A stretch of DNA of 64,000 nucleotides from Pristiophorus japonicus (taxonomy: Eukaryota). The DNA is taken from NCBI RefSeq assembly GCF_044704955.1, contig NC_091982.1:164114001-164178000 (forward strand), in the 5' to 3' direction. The notes under the pieces were generated by a model. It made no database searches and had not been told where the DNA came from. It was given only the letters and a program-made list of their open reading frames with translations. Below, piece after piece: positions 36,901-49,599 of the stretch; positions within the stretch are counted from its first letter, which is position 1, and the number at the start of each line of letters is the position of its first letter. Both the position numbers and the translations under genes were made by a program.

Positions 36901-39900
36901 AGGAGTGGGGAATCTGTGGAGTTGGCTTTACCTACCCGCTCTCTGCCAATCACGCCTCCCCACAGGACTGTGTCTTTGCCGACCCTGGTATTAAAATCAC
37001 CCAGGAGGATCACTTTGTCGCCCATGGGGACGCGGGACAAGGATGTCTCGAGGTTGGAATAAAAACCCTCTTTAGCCTCATCCATTGCATCGAGTGTAGG
37101 GGCGTACGCACTGATGACTGTGGCGCATTAGTTCCGAGATAACACTGGCACCTGCTTGACTATGTCATCGTCCGAGCCAGGGATCACAAGGATGTGCACA
37201 TCACCCGCTCCATGACAGGAGCTGACGACTGCTGGATGGACCACCGCTGAAACCGATCCATCATCAACATTAACATTGCCCCAAAGCAGAGGGGACAGCA
37301 GAAGCAGTTCCTCAAAAAAATTAATGCCGGGGCACTTAGAGACCCAGCTAAGAGAGCCCTATACAGCCAGCACCTCACAGCCAATCTGTGGTGCTGAATG
37401 ACCCTGAGATGCTGAATGCCCATAGCACTTGGTCTACCCTCCAGGCCTCTATAACCAGTGCCTGTGAAGAGACACTTGGTCACTCAACCAGAAAACATCA
37501 GGACTGGTTCAATGAAAATGATCAGGTGATCGAAGAACTAATAGGCCGTAAACGCAAAGCATTTCTGAGCAACAAGCAACAACGCAACTCGGGAGCTGCA
37601 AAACAACATTACAGACAGCTCAAGGCTCAGGTTCAACAAAAAACCTGGAACTTAAAGAGCAGGTGGTGGATGGAGAAAGCACAGGAGATATAACAACTGG
37701 CCGACAGCCACGATATGCGAGGATTCTTCGCTGAAGTCAAGCCCACCTACGGTCCAAACTCCCAAGACTCCACCCCACTCCTGGCCGAGAACGGGGAAAC
37801 ATTCATCAAGGACACCGAGGCTGTCAGGGCCCAATGGAAGGAGCACTTTGAAGATATCCTCAATCGAGACTCTGCCTTTGACTCGAGTGTTCTTGACTCC
37901 ATCCCGCAGCATGCGACCCGCCACCAACTCAGTGAAACTCTAATGTTGCACGAGGTCGGCAAAGCCATAAAACAGCTCAAGAATAACAAGGCTACGGGTG
38001 CGGATGGAATCCCTGCTGAGGCGCTAAAGTATGACGGAGAGGCGCTGTTGGCGCGGATATATGACCTCATCTTTCTCACCTGGAGAGAAGAGAGCATGCC
38101 GGGAGATCTGAGAGATGCAGTGATTGTGACCATTTTTTTAAAAGGGGACAAGTCCGACTGTGGCAACTACAGGGGAATCTCACTGTCATAGCCACTGGGA
38201 GAGATGTCGCTCGAGTTCTCCTCAATCGTCTTCTCCCTGTGGCCGAGGAGCTCCTCCCGGAATCACAATGCGGATTTCGTACCCTACGGGGCACAACAGA
38301 CAAGATCTTTGCAGCGCGACAGTTGCAGGACAAATGCAGGGAGCAGCGCGAGCCCTTATACATGGCCTTTTTCGATCTTACAAAGGCCTTTGACACTGTC
38401 AACTGTGAGGGTCTATGAAGCGTCCTCCTCCGTTTCGGATGCCGCCAAAAGCTTGTCAACATGCTTCGCCTGCTTCACGGTGACATTCAGGCTGTGATCC
38501 TTACCAATGGATCCGTTGGAGACCCAATCCATGTCCAGACCAGGGTCATACAGGGCTGCATCTTCGCTCTAACCCTCTTCTCAATCTTCCTCGCCACCAT
38601 GCTCCACCTCACAATCAACAAGCTCCCCGCTGGAGTGGAACTAAACTACAGAATCAGTAGGAAGATGTTTAACCTACACCGCCTCCAGGCCAGGTCCAAG
38701 ATCACCCAACCTCTGTCGTTGAGCTGCAGTATGCGGACGACGCCTGCGTCTGTGCACATTCAGAGGCTGAACTCCAGGATATAGTCAAAGTATTTACTGA
38801 GGCATATGAAAACATGGGCCTTACGCTTAACATCCATCAGACAAAGATCCTCCACCAGCCTGTCACCGCCGCACAGCACTGCCCTCCAATCATCAATGTA
38901 AAGTCTTTACTCTACAGCATGAAACCACACGAGGCACATTCCAGGGACAAGGCCACACTGTGACCTTAACTCTTTATTACAGGACTCCAGAAATGATGAC
39001 CCTGTGTGGGACCTCCCTTTATATACCTGGGAGATCAGGTAAGGAGTGTCTCCCACAAGTGGTCAAGATGTGCAACTGAGTTGAGTGTATACAGTAATAC
39101 AGTGGTGTTACATTGTAGTTACAAACATGACATCACCTTCACCCCCCCCAAAGTCTTGCTGGGATCATAGGTTTAGTCTTTCAGGTGGTCTACACTCCCT
39201 CGTGAAGCACCGCAGTTGGGGCTCTGGTTGTTGGACACTGACGTAAGTGTCTGTCACCTGTGATGATCCCGGCCTGTCCAGGCTGACCTCAGGGACTGTG
39301 CATTCTTCTGATTGCTCTTGTTGCTCGTTCACTGGCGGTGGTGTGAGCTCCATCTCATGGTCTTCTTCAGGTTCCTCCGTGTCCATGCTGAACCTTTTTT
39401 TTACTTGGTCCAGATGCTTACGGCATATCTGGCCATTGTTGAGTTTTACCACGATGACCCTATTCCCCTCTTTGCCAATTACAGTACCCTCAAGCCATTT
39501 GGGCCCCATGGCGTGATTGAGGACAAATACAGGGTCATTTATTTCTATACATCTCCCCCTTGAATTACGGTCATGGTACTCATTTTGTGACTTGTGCTTG
39601 CCCTCAACTATATTGGTCAGGACTGGAAGGATGAGGGACAACCGAGTTTTGAGAGTCCATTTCATGAGTAGCTCTGCGGGCGGGACCCCCGTGAGCGAGT
39701 GCGGGCGGGATCTATAGGCCAGCAGGAGGCGTGATAGGCGGCATTGTAGTGAGGGTCCTGGAATCCTGAGCATACCTTGCTTAATGATTTGGACTGCCCC
39801 TTCTGCCTGGCCATTGGAGGCCGGCTTGAACGGCATAGTCCTGACGTGGTTGATGCCATTGCCCGACATAAACTCCCGGAATTCATAGCTCGTGAAACAC

Positions 39901-42900
39901 GGGCCATTATCACTAACCAGGATGTCCAGCAAGCCATGGGTTGTAAAGATCACACGTAGGCTTTCCACAGTGGTGGATGACCGTGCATGAATTCAGGATG
40001 ATGCACTCGATCCATTTCGAGTACGCATCTACTACAATGAGGAACATCTGACCCATTAACGGGCCCGCGTAGTCAATGTGAATGCGTGACCATGGCTTGG
40101 TGGGCCAGGGCCACGGGCTGAGCGGGACCTCCCTGGGGGCATTACCCAGCTGGACACAGGTCGTGCACCTGCGAACACAGTGTTCCAGGTCTCAATCAAT
40201 TCCAGGCCACCAAACATGTGACCTGGCAATGGCCTTCATCAGCACAATGCCTGGATGCTCACTGTGGAGTTCCCTGATGAATGCTTCCCTGCCCCTCTGG
40301 GGCATGACTACCCAGCTGCCCCATAGTAGGCAGTCGGCTTGGATGGAGAGCTCATCCATCCGCCTGTGGAACGGTCTGACCTCCTCAGGGCATGCTCCAT
40401 GTGCGGGCGCCCAATCCCCAGTCAGGACACATTTCTTAATCAAGAATAGGAGGGGATCTCTGTTTGTCCAGATTTTGATCTGGCGGGCTGTGATGGGGGA
40501 GCCTGCACTGTCAAAGGCATCGACAGCCATGACCATTTCAGCGCTTTGCTCAGCTGCCCCCTCGGTGGTGGCCAGTGGAAGCCTGCTGAGCGCGTCAGCT
40601 AGCCAGTGCCGGATAGAGTAGTCATAAGCAGCTAGCGTGAGAGCCCACCGCTGTATGCGAGCTGATGCGTTGACATTGACAGTCTTGTTGTCTGACAACA
40701 GAGATGTGAGTGGCTTGTGGTCTGTCTCTAATTCAACTTTCCTACCGAAGAGGTACTGATGCATTTTTTTTACACCATAGACACAAGCAAGCGCTTCCTT
40801 CTCGACCATCCCATATCCCCGTTCTGCTTGAGACAACGACCTGGAGGCATAAGCCACAGGTTGTAGCTGACCCTCAGCATTACCCTGCTGCAACACGTAC
40901 CCAACCCCATAGGACGATGCATCACATGTCAGAACTAAACATTTACAGGGGTTGTACAGGGTCAACAACTTATTTGAACAAAGTAGGTTTCATGCCCGGT
41001 CGAAAGCCCGTTCCTGACAGTCCCCCCAAAACCAATCGCAACCCTTACACAAGAGCACGTGTAGCGGCTCCAACAACATGCTCAAGTTCGGCAGAAAGTT
41101 CCTGAAATAGTTCAACAGTCCCAGGAATGAACGCAGCTCCGATGTGTTGCAGGGCCTGGGTGCTCGTTGAATCGCCTCTGTTTTGGATTCAGTGGGCCGA
41201 ATCCTATCTGCAGCAACCCTCCTGCCCAGAAACTCAACCTCGGGAGCTAAGAACGTGCATTTAGACTTCTTGAGTCGCAGGCCTACCCGGTCCAGTCGGC
41301 GTAGCACCTCCTCCAGGTTGTGGAGGTGTTCCTCGGTGTCTCGACCCGTGATGAGGATGTTGTCCTGGAATACGATCGTTGCCGGAATGGATTTAAGCAG
41401 GCTTTCCATGTTACGTTGAAAAATCGCAGCCACTGATCGAATGCCAAACGGGCACCTGTTATATGCAAACAGTCCCTTGTGCGTGGTGATGATGGTCAGT
41501 TGTTTGGATTCGTCGGCCAGTTCCTGGGTCATATAGGCTGCAGTGATGTCCAATTTGGTGAACAGCTTGCCGCCTGCCAGCGTGGCGAAAAGGTCTTCCA
41601 CTGTTGGGAGCGGGTATTAGTCTTGTTGGGACACCCGATTGATGATGGCCTTGTAGTCGCCACAGATCCTGACAGAGCCATCCGCTTTTAGAACGGGAAC
41701 GATGGGGCTCGCCCAGTCGCTGAATTCAACAGGCGAGATGATGCCCTCTCGCAACAGCCAGTCCAATTCGCTCTCGATTTTTTCCCGCATTACATATGGC
41801 ACCACTCTGGCTTTGTGGTGCATTGGCCTGGCATCCAGGGTGAAGTGTATCACTACTTTAGTGCCTTTGAAAATCCCGACGCCCGGTTGTAATAATGACT
41901 TGAATTGTTGTAGGACTTGTGGGCACGAACTTCGCTCCACCGAGGACATTGCATGAACATCCCCCCATTTCCAGTTCATCTCAGCTAACCAGCTCCTCCC
42001 CAACAGTGTGGGACCATTGCCCGGGACAATCCAGAATGGCAGCCGGTTCACTAACCCATTGTGTGTGATAGCCATCATTGCACTGCCTAGCACCGGAATG
42101 ATTTCTTTGGTGTAAGTCCGTAATTATGTCTCAATACGTTCTAATTTGGGTCCACTGGCTTTGAGTGGCCATAGCTTCTCAAATTGCTGAACGCCCATGA
42201 GTGACTGGGTGGCCCCAGTGTCCAGCTCCATGCGCACTGGGATACCGTTCAACAAAACCCTCATCATCATTGGTGGCATTTTGGTGTATGAACTGTGAAT
42301 ATTCGCCGCATGGACCCGCTAAACCTCGGCGTCCATCGATTTGCCCCAAAAGTCATCCTGCCTCACAGAACCCTCTTCTGGTCCCTCTGTCTCATATATT
42401 AGTCTGGTTGCAGGTTTTCTGCACATTCGAGCTAAATGGCCACTGAGATTGCAGTTTCTGCAGACAAACTGTTGGAATCTGCAAGATCTGGCTGAGTGTT
42501 TTCCCCCACACCTCCAGCATGAGTTAAAGTTTCCATTGTTGGGGACAAAGGGACTATGACCAGGAATTCCACGCTGACTGTCCCTTTGACTGATCTTAAG
42601 TATCCTATTAGTGAGTGTCAATGGCCCCATCCCGGGCCACATTGTCCACTGTGATGGCGTGAACATCCGTTCAGCCTGCCATTGTCTCTGTTGAGGTCCT
42701 GCTCTGGGGTCTATTGCTGCCTGGTAAATGTCAGACTGCCCCTGCCTGCCTGCGGGGCTCTGAGCCGCATTGACGATGTTGACTCCCTGATCCATCACCG
42801 CGTTAGAGGCAGAATTGTGCTCATAAATCATTCTCGTCTCTTTCTCCCCCGCCATGAAAGTTTGAGCTAACAATGCTGCCGCTTCCAAGGTCAAGTCCTT

Positions 42901-44452
42901 GGTCTCAATTAACTTGCGAAAAATTCCCGCATGACCGATACCCTCGATAAAGAAGTCCCTTCGCATCTCCCCACTGCAGGCGTCTGTGAACTTACAGAGG
43001 CTGGCCAAACGCCAGAGGTCCGCTACAAAATCCGGTATGCTCTGTCCTTCACGACGTCGGTGGATGTAGAATCTGTGTCGAGCCATGTGTATGCTGCTCA
43101 CCAGTTTGAGGTGCACCCCGATTAATTTGCTAAGCTTTTCAAAGGTTTTGTCCGACGGCTTTTCGGGTGCCAGTAAGTCTTTCATGAGCGCGTAAGTCTT
43201 TGGACCGCAGCTGGTCAGGAGATGAGCCCATCGCTTGTCAGCCGCTACATCCCCAGCCAGTCTTTAGTAATGAAGCTTTGCTGAAGCCTCTCGACAAAAT
43301 CGTCCCAGTCTTCCCCAACACAGTACTGTTCCTCTGTGCTACCGGTGGCCATTCTCATGGGTCGTGAATTCCCGTTTCTCGTCGCCAATGTAAAGTCCTT
43401 ACTCTACAGCATGAAACCACACGAGGCACATTCCAGGGACAAGGCCACTCTGTGACCTTAACTCTTTATTACAGGACTCCAGAAGTGATGACCCTGCGTG
43501 GGACCTCCCTTTATATATCTGTGTGATCAAGTAAGGAGTGTCTCCCACAAGTTCACCCCCTGTGGTCAAGGTGTGCATCTGAGTTGAGTGTATACAGTAA
43601 TACAGTGGTGTTACATTGTAGTTACAAACATGACAATCAAGATCCATGGTGCGGCCATGAACAACGTGGACCATTTCCCATATCTCAGGAGTCTCATATC
43701 AACAAAGGACAGACATTGATGCGGAGATTCAGCATCGTCTCCAGTGTGCCAGTGCAGCTTTCAACCATCTGAGGAAAAGAGTGTTTGAAGACCAGGCCCA
43801 CAAATCTACCACCAATCTCATGGTCTACAGGGCTATAATAATACCCGCCCTCCTGTATGGATCTGAGGTATGGACGTTGAGGTATTGAAGGCACCTCAAG
43901 TCGCTGGAGATATATCACCAACGATGTCTCCGCAAGATCCTGAAAATCCCCTGGGAGGACAGGTGCACCAACATCAGTGCCCTCGACCAGGCTAACATCT
44001 CCAGTATTGAAGCACTGACCACACTCAATCAGCTTCGCTGGGCAGGCCACATAGTTCGCATGCCAGATACGAGATTCCCTAAGCAAATGCTTTCTGCGGA
44101 GCTCATTCATGGTAAACGAGCCAAAGGAGGACAGCGGAAACGCCTCCTGGTAAAGTGCAACATCACCACTGACACCTGGGAGACCCTGGCCGAAGACCGC
44201 CCGAGGTAGCGAAAGTACATCCGGGAGGGCGTTGAGCTCTTCGAGTCTCAACGCAAAGAGAATGAAGAGGCCAAGCGCAGGCAGCAGAAGGAGCGCATGG
44301 CAAACCAGCCCCACCGACCCCTTCCCTTGACGAATGTCTGTCCCACCTGTAACAAGGTCTGTGGCTCTCATATCGGACTGTTCAGCCATCAAAGAACTCA
44401 CTTTGGGAGTGGAAGCACGTCCTCCTTGATTCCGAGGGACTGCCTATGATGT
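36901..44452 (+). mobile_element. RTE LINE with inverted 5' segment, interrupted by a Gypsy element
   Basis: Endonuclease piece on the minus strand (36901-37140), then + strand HWHLLDY through RT to the GGGACTGCCTATGAT tail; TSD GTGTTAGTC (36892-36900 and 44453-44461). Confidence 0.9.
38897..43635 (-). mobile_element. Full-length Mag-type Gypsy element
   Basis: LTRs 43389-43635 and 38897-39132 (11-bp deletion in the 3' LTR); 5-bp TSD ATCAA; PBS TGGCGACGAGAA; G-rich PPT; gag with two CCHC knuckles, RT, RNase H and integrase, disrupted. Confidence 0.96.
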
Positions 44453-44539
44453 GTGTTAGTCTTTCTGCTGGCATCTACCTCATACATTCCTTCCCAACAT
44501 CAGAGATGCAAAATAACACTAAGGATGCAGTCAGTAGCA

Positions 44540-45060
44540 AATGAGTCAGCACTCTCATTTATGTCTCTGAAAATTAAGGGTTCAAGCCCCATGCCAGGAC
44601 TTGAGTATTTGAGCTGAGAGAGCTCTGCATAGATAGATATTTGTTAGGCAACGGTATCAAGGGTTACGGAAGCAAGTCGTGTAAATGGAGTTAAAATACA
44701 GATCAGCCATAATCTACAGGCTCAAGCGATTGAATGCCCTACTCCTGTGTGCTGTATCTCAGGTGACATGTTAAACTAAGGAGCACCCGTCTGCCTGACC
44801 CAGTAGTTAAGGCAGATAGTGAAGATTCCAGGATACCATAAGAAGGACAGCAGAATATTCACCTTCTGTCCTTGCCAACACCACCCAAAACGCATAACCC
44901 TTGTCATTCATCTCATTGTTGTTTGTGGGATCTTGCTGTGCACAAAATGGCTGCTGTCTGTTCAAAAACAATGACGGCACTTTAGAGTGAGTCATTGCAG
45001 GTAAAGTATTGAGAGACATTTCTGTGAGATGTGATATGGCACTATATAAATGCCAGTTCT
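44540..45060 (+). mobile_element. Deu-domain SINE, decayed, with a CR1 tail inserted at about 44630-44750
   Basis: GGTTCAAGCCCC B-box; CTCATTGTTGTTTGTGGGATCTTGCTGTGCACAAAATGGCTGC core; GGCACTATATAAATG tail. Confidence 0.65.
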
Positions 45061-45474
45061 TATCTTAATAAAACCAGTAAGCCTTTATAATTCAAGGAAC
45101 TGTAGTCACCAACCTCACATGAATTGAGTCCAAAAAAATACTTTTAAAAATTAAAATGTTATCAATTGTGCAGTTAAACACATGTTAAACATTAACCAGA
45201 TTGCAGCATTATTATCAACAGTTTCCGTGGCAACCTTGACCCAGACCATAGTAGAAATGTGAATGCTATAGTGCAGCAGAGTAAAGGGGTACCATTGGGA
45301 AGGAATGTGTACAAGTTACATTTTTCTGCCTACAGCCCTGGTTTTTATGTGGCAATTGGTGCTATGCCTGGATTTGTCACTGCCTGCATAGTTCAGCAGA
45401 CCACATTCCAATATCAGACTCTGTTATCATTAAATTACTGCAGTCGATAAATGATCTCCCGTCTCCTTACTCAG

Positions 45475-45567
45475 GAGATTGGGGAGTTGGTCGCACGCTT
45501 TTCAGAGGAGCTCAAGGATGGTGCATCCTTCAGCCTCTTTGAAGCCCCTCCACAGTTTTATCACTGA
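45475..45567 (+). CDS. Candidate host-gene terminal coding exon D
   Basis: Acceptor TCTCCCGTCTCCTTACTCAG; encodes EIGELVARFSEELKDGASFSLFEAPPQFYH then TGA; followed by about 900 bp of unique UTR-like DNA. Confidence 0.6.
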   Translation, partial: EIGELVARFSEELKDGASFSLFEAPPQFYH

Positions 45568-46519
45568 GATCCTTCAAGACGGACTCTCCAAAGGACTCGA
45601 AGGTCCCCATCCTCAGGAATTAAGTGTTGGTGAAAGTTATCTTCACTTGTGCCCTGCTCAGTTCAACAAACATCTCAATGTTGAGAATTTATTCAAAGGC
45701 GTTCCTTGGGGGAGAAAAAATCAACTGTTCCATTGGAATGTTGTGATATTTGTTTTTTTTTCCAAACAGCCAAGATCTGCATTTCACTGCTTTGTTCTGT
45801 GATGGTCTACTTCTAACAATTAGGGCTCTACTTACCAATTTGAATGAGATAACATTCTGCTTGCAGTAAACTCTGGAGACCACTCCGTTTCTCTACACAG
45901 TACTTCATTATCTGCTTGGAGCTTTTTTTTTAAACATGATTTGATTCAGAATTACTTTGATATTCTCATCCACCAGGATCAGCACTAAATCAAAGTAATT
46001 TTTCATGAGCTCCAAGTTGGCTGAAACTGTTTTTTAAATTATCCTCTACAATTGCACTCTCCAACATGAAGGATCTGTAAAAAATTAGAAGTAGAATATA
46101 ATTCAGAAGTGTATAAAAACTGCTATAAGTGGCACACCATTCACTATAGATGTAGCAAGCTGGGACCGCCAAAGAGCATGGACCTCTGCAGAAGCAAGAC
46201 ATCTCTGCAAAATGGCACCTTTTGGCCAGTCATAGGCAAACTCCTGAGGTGGTCATTTGCTTATGGGTTTATTTTAGAACAGAGCAGTACACGCGCCTAA
46301 AGAGGCAGGAGGACCAAGATAAATTGGTCTGCTGGACTCATTTGTAAATTATTGGAGGGCGGTAGAGAACCCGGCCGATGGCAGCAGTTAATTCCCAGTG
46401 GGGGAGGCAGTACTGGGGTGCAGTGAGTGCAGGCTAGCGGCAGGCTGCAGTTGCAATGTGGAGCCAGGATGAGCACTCAAAATGACAAGGGGTTTTGATA
46501 AAGTAAATAAGGAGAGGTT

Positions 46520-49342
46520 GGGCCGAAAATTGCAGTCGGAGGCTTCCCGCGGAGGCAAGCCTCCGACCAGCGAATACGACACGCACCTACATGCAGTCCC
46601 TGCACATACAGAGAATTCCGTTTTGAACCGGCAGAGTCCTGGACAGGGCATGATGTCATATCGCCCAGGAACACTGCGCGCGCGCGAAGCCTATGGGTTC
46701 GTTGGGAAAATAATACCGCCACAAGACCTGTCCAAAAAGCCCCTGATATTTTATAACTGCAAACAGGTTGCAGGATTGAAAGTCGCTGGAAAATCTTTAA
46801 GGTAACGCATCTTTATAGTTTTGAAAGAGCATTGTAATCTTTTAGAACATTTTAAAGGCTTTCAAATTGATTTGAAAATGTTTAAATAGTTTTAAAGACT
46901 TTCAAAGAGATTTAAAGCAATTTAGAAACTTTTTAAAACATTGAAATCATTTGCAATAATTATCATTCAACAGGTAAGTGAAATGGAAGGATCAAATGTA
47001 TTCGTGGTAATGAAAAGAGCTGAGAATTTTATTGGCGATAATCTCGCTCCTCAATGTGGTTAAGGCGAAACACCTGCGGCTCATTGGGACCGCGAAGTCG
47101 AAAGCACCGCGCAAAGGACTAATGGCAGCATGGACAGAAGTTCTTTAATGTTCTATTTGAATGTTGCTATTGTGTCATGTCTTAAAATTTATATTGTATT
47201 TAACTATTTCATTTAATATTTATAGCCTGTAGTCACTTAAAAAAAATCAACTTTTTAATTAACAAACAATTTAACGTTACAACTGTTTGAAAAGTAGAAA
47301 CCAGTTGGTTTAAATCTTGAATGTTAAGTCATTATTGCACTAAGAAACCAAAAACATCACTTTAAACAGTTTACATATTTTTATCAACCACTTTATCAAT
47401 GCAAATGTTTACAAAGTATAAAATAGCTAGCTAATAATTTGTATTTAAAGACAAAAAACTTCAATTAAAAGTAAATCAAGTCTTTGCTGCTGCAATAAAA
47501 GTTCACTGTTTCACTTTAAGTTCCATGTGTTCTTTTCTCTGCCTTGCTGGGGTAGGGGGAGGGAGGAGGCAACAGTATCATCATCTCGTGAATGTGTTGG
47601 CTACTAGCTGTTCCCTGACAGCTCTGCTTTCGGCACCAGTTAGCTCCTCCCCATTACACATCGCCACAGGGACATTGAGATCCTCAATTTCCTTCATTTC
47701 AACTGTGTTAAGAGTTAGTCCTTCCTGCAGGCAAAGTTGTGCAAAGCGCATCAGGCCACCACAATCCTTGACACTTTCACAGGACTGTACTGCAAAGTCT
47801 CCCCTGACCTGTCCAGGCAACGGAAGTGTAATTTCGGTATCCCGACTGTCCTGTCGACCACTTGCCGTGTGGCCACATGTGCTTGGTTGTATCTCTCCTC
47901 TGCCTCATTATTGGTCCTGTGGTATGGTGCGATCAGCTACTGTTTTAGCACGTAGCCCTTGTCACCCAATATCCATGAGGATCCTGGAGGCAATTTGTTG
48001 AGAGCGTCATATAAGTTGGAGTGACGGAGGACAAAAGAATCATGAGCACTTCCACGGTGATCTGCATTCACGTTTAGGACCCAGAGTTGCGCATCACCCA
48101 CGATCATTACATTTAAGGTATGATACCCCTTCCTGTTGATGTATGTCACATGTGTACCAATTGGTGCCCTCAATGCAATATGGGTTCCAGCGATGGCCAC
48201 AATCACTGATGGGATGCTAGCAATTCTATAAAATGCATGGGCCCTCCTTTTGTTGCCGAGTGGACAAGTCGAAAGTGAATGCAGGGCCTTGCAGCACATT
48301 GGCCAATGTTTGAAATGTCACCGGTGCCTGACTGAAATGACCTGATGCAAAGAAGTTCAGTGCGGTGGTTAACTTCATGGACGCAGACAAGGCAGTGTGT
48401 TTTCGAGTGTGTTTGAAGGTTGTCCTTTAACATGTTACACAGTCGGCTAATTGCCTCTTTGCTGAAGCGCAGCCTCTTCACACAAATCTCCTCCGATAGC
48501 ATTTCAAAAGATAGCCTCTCCTTGTACACTCTGTGGTGGGCAGTAGTTCCTTTTGATGAGGTGGCATTCATGGTTCCTCAATCTTCTTTGTTGTTCCCTG
48601 ATGCATTGAATTCTATGTGCCTGAATCAAGCAGAGGATCGGGATGAAAAAGATAGATGCAGTACATGTTGGAAGAAAGCTGAAAAGACTTGTAAAGATAA
48701 TTTTAATAAAATGAGTAGGTAGAAATTCACGTTGGGCGGTGGAGCGAAACGATCAGTATCTGATCGCCACCTGTCATACCCGCGAAATATCACACCCAAA
48801 ATGAATTTTTAAGACATTTTAATAATTCATAGGTAACATTTTTAAACTGCATAAAAAACCTAATATTTAAAATATTCATATATTCTGGGATAATTATTTT
48901 AAACTGCAGTAACTATGAGAAAAATAATTTTGAAACAGTCATTTTGAGGTTTAAAATAAATGGAATCTAATTGAATGGAATGCTTAGCTTGCAAGCAACA
49001 AATATTACTCTTCAAATTAACTCCACTGCTAAGAAAAAGATACAAAACCAATGAAACATCTATAAAATTAAAGTTGTTAAAGACTTAAATCAACTTTGTA
49101 CCAACTGCTTTCTTTAATTTAAAAGCTATAAAAAAGTCCGGTTTTCAAGCCCCCTGAATTGCTTCCTGCTGCTTTTCTCGATAGAATGCCCTTGTACGCC
49201 TGCTTCTATCAGCCATATAACGTCCGTACGTAGGTGCTGGCCAGTAGTTGGGCAAACAGCCCAAATCTGCACCAGCACTGCTACTTTTCCAGTGTATCCA
49301 GTGAATCTGTCAAGAGCCCGTAGAGGCCGCGATTTCTGGGCC
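46520..49342 (-). mobile_element. Harbinger element with transposase remnant
   Basis: Imperfect inverted ends GGGCCGAAAATTGC / GCGATTTCTGGGCC enclosing a HARBI1-like ORF. Confidence 0.75.
47581..48571 (-). pseudogene. Harbinger (HARBI1-like) transposase, near full length, disrupted
   Basis: LSEEICVKRLRFSKEAI, IVAIAGTHIALRAP (catalytic D changed to A), YINRKGYHTLNV, GSAHDSFVL, ILGDKGY then a stop. Confidence 0.92.
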
Positions 49343-49367
49343 ATTGTTTTCACTGGTCGGTAACCAA

Positions 49368-49587
49368 AGGACACAGATTAAGATAACTGACAAAAGAACA
49401 AGGCGGGAGATGAGGAGAAATGCTTTTACGCAGCGAATAGTTATGAAAGTGTGGTGGAAGCAGATTCAATAGTAACTTTCAAAAGGGAATTGGATATATT
49501 CTTGAGAAGAAAACAATTGCAGGAGGAAAGAGTGGGACTGCTCTTATAGGTCCTTCAAATAGCCAGGACAGGCACGACGGGCTGAAA
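49368..49587 (+). mobile_element. Old CR1 3' end, continued at 53927-53950
   Basis: GGCACGACGGGCTGAA joins TGGTCTCCTTCGGTGC across the younger CR1, restoring the CR1 tail. Confidence 0.7.
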
Positions 49588-49599
49588 CATAGAAACATA

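Noticed and set aside
47581-48571. Domesticated HARBI1 gene
   Set aside because: Frameshifts, a stop, a mutated catalytic Asp and flanking TIRs indicate a dead transposon.
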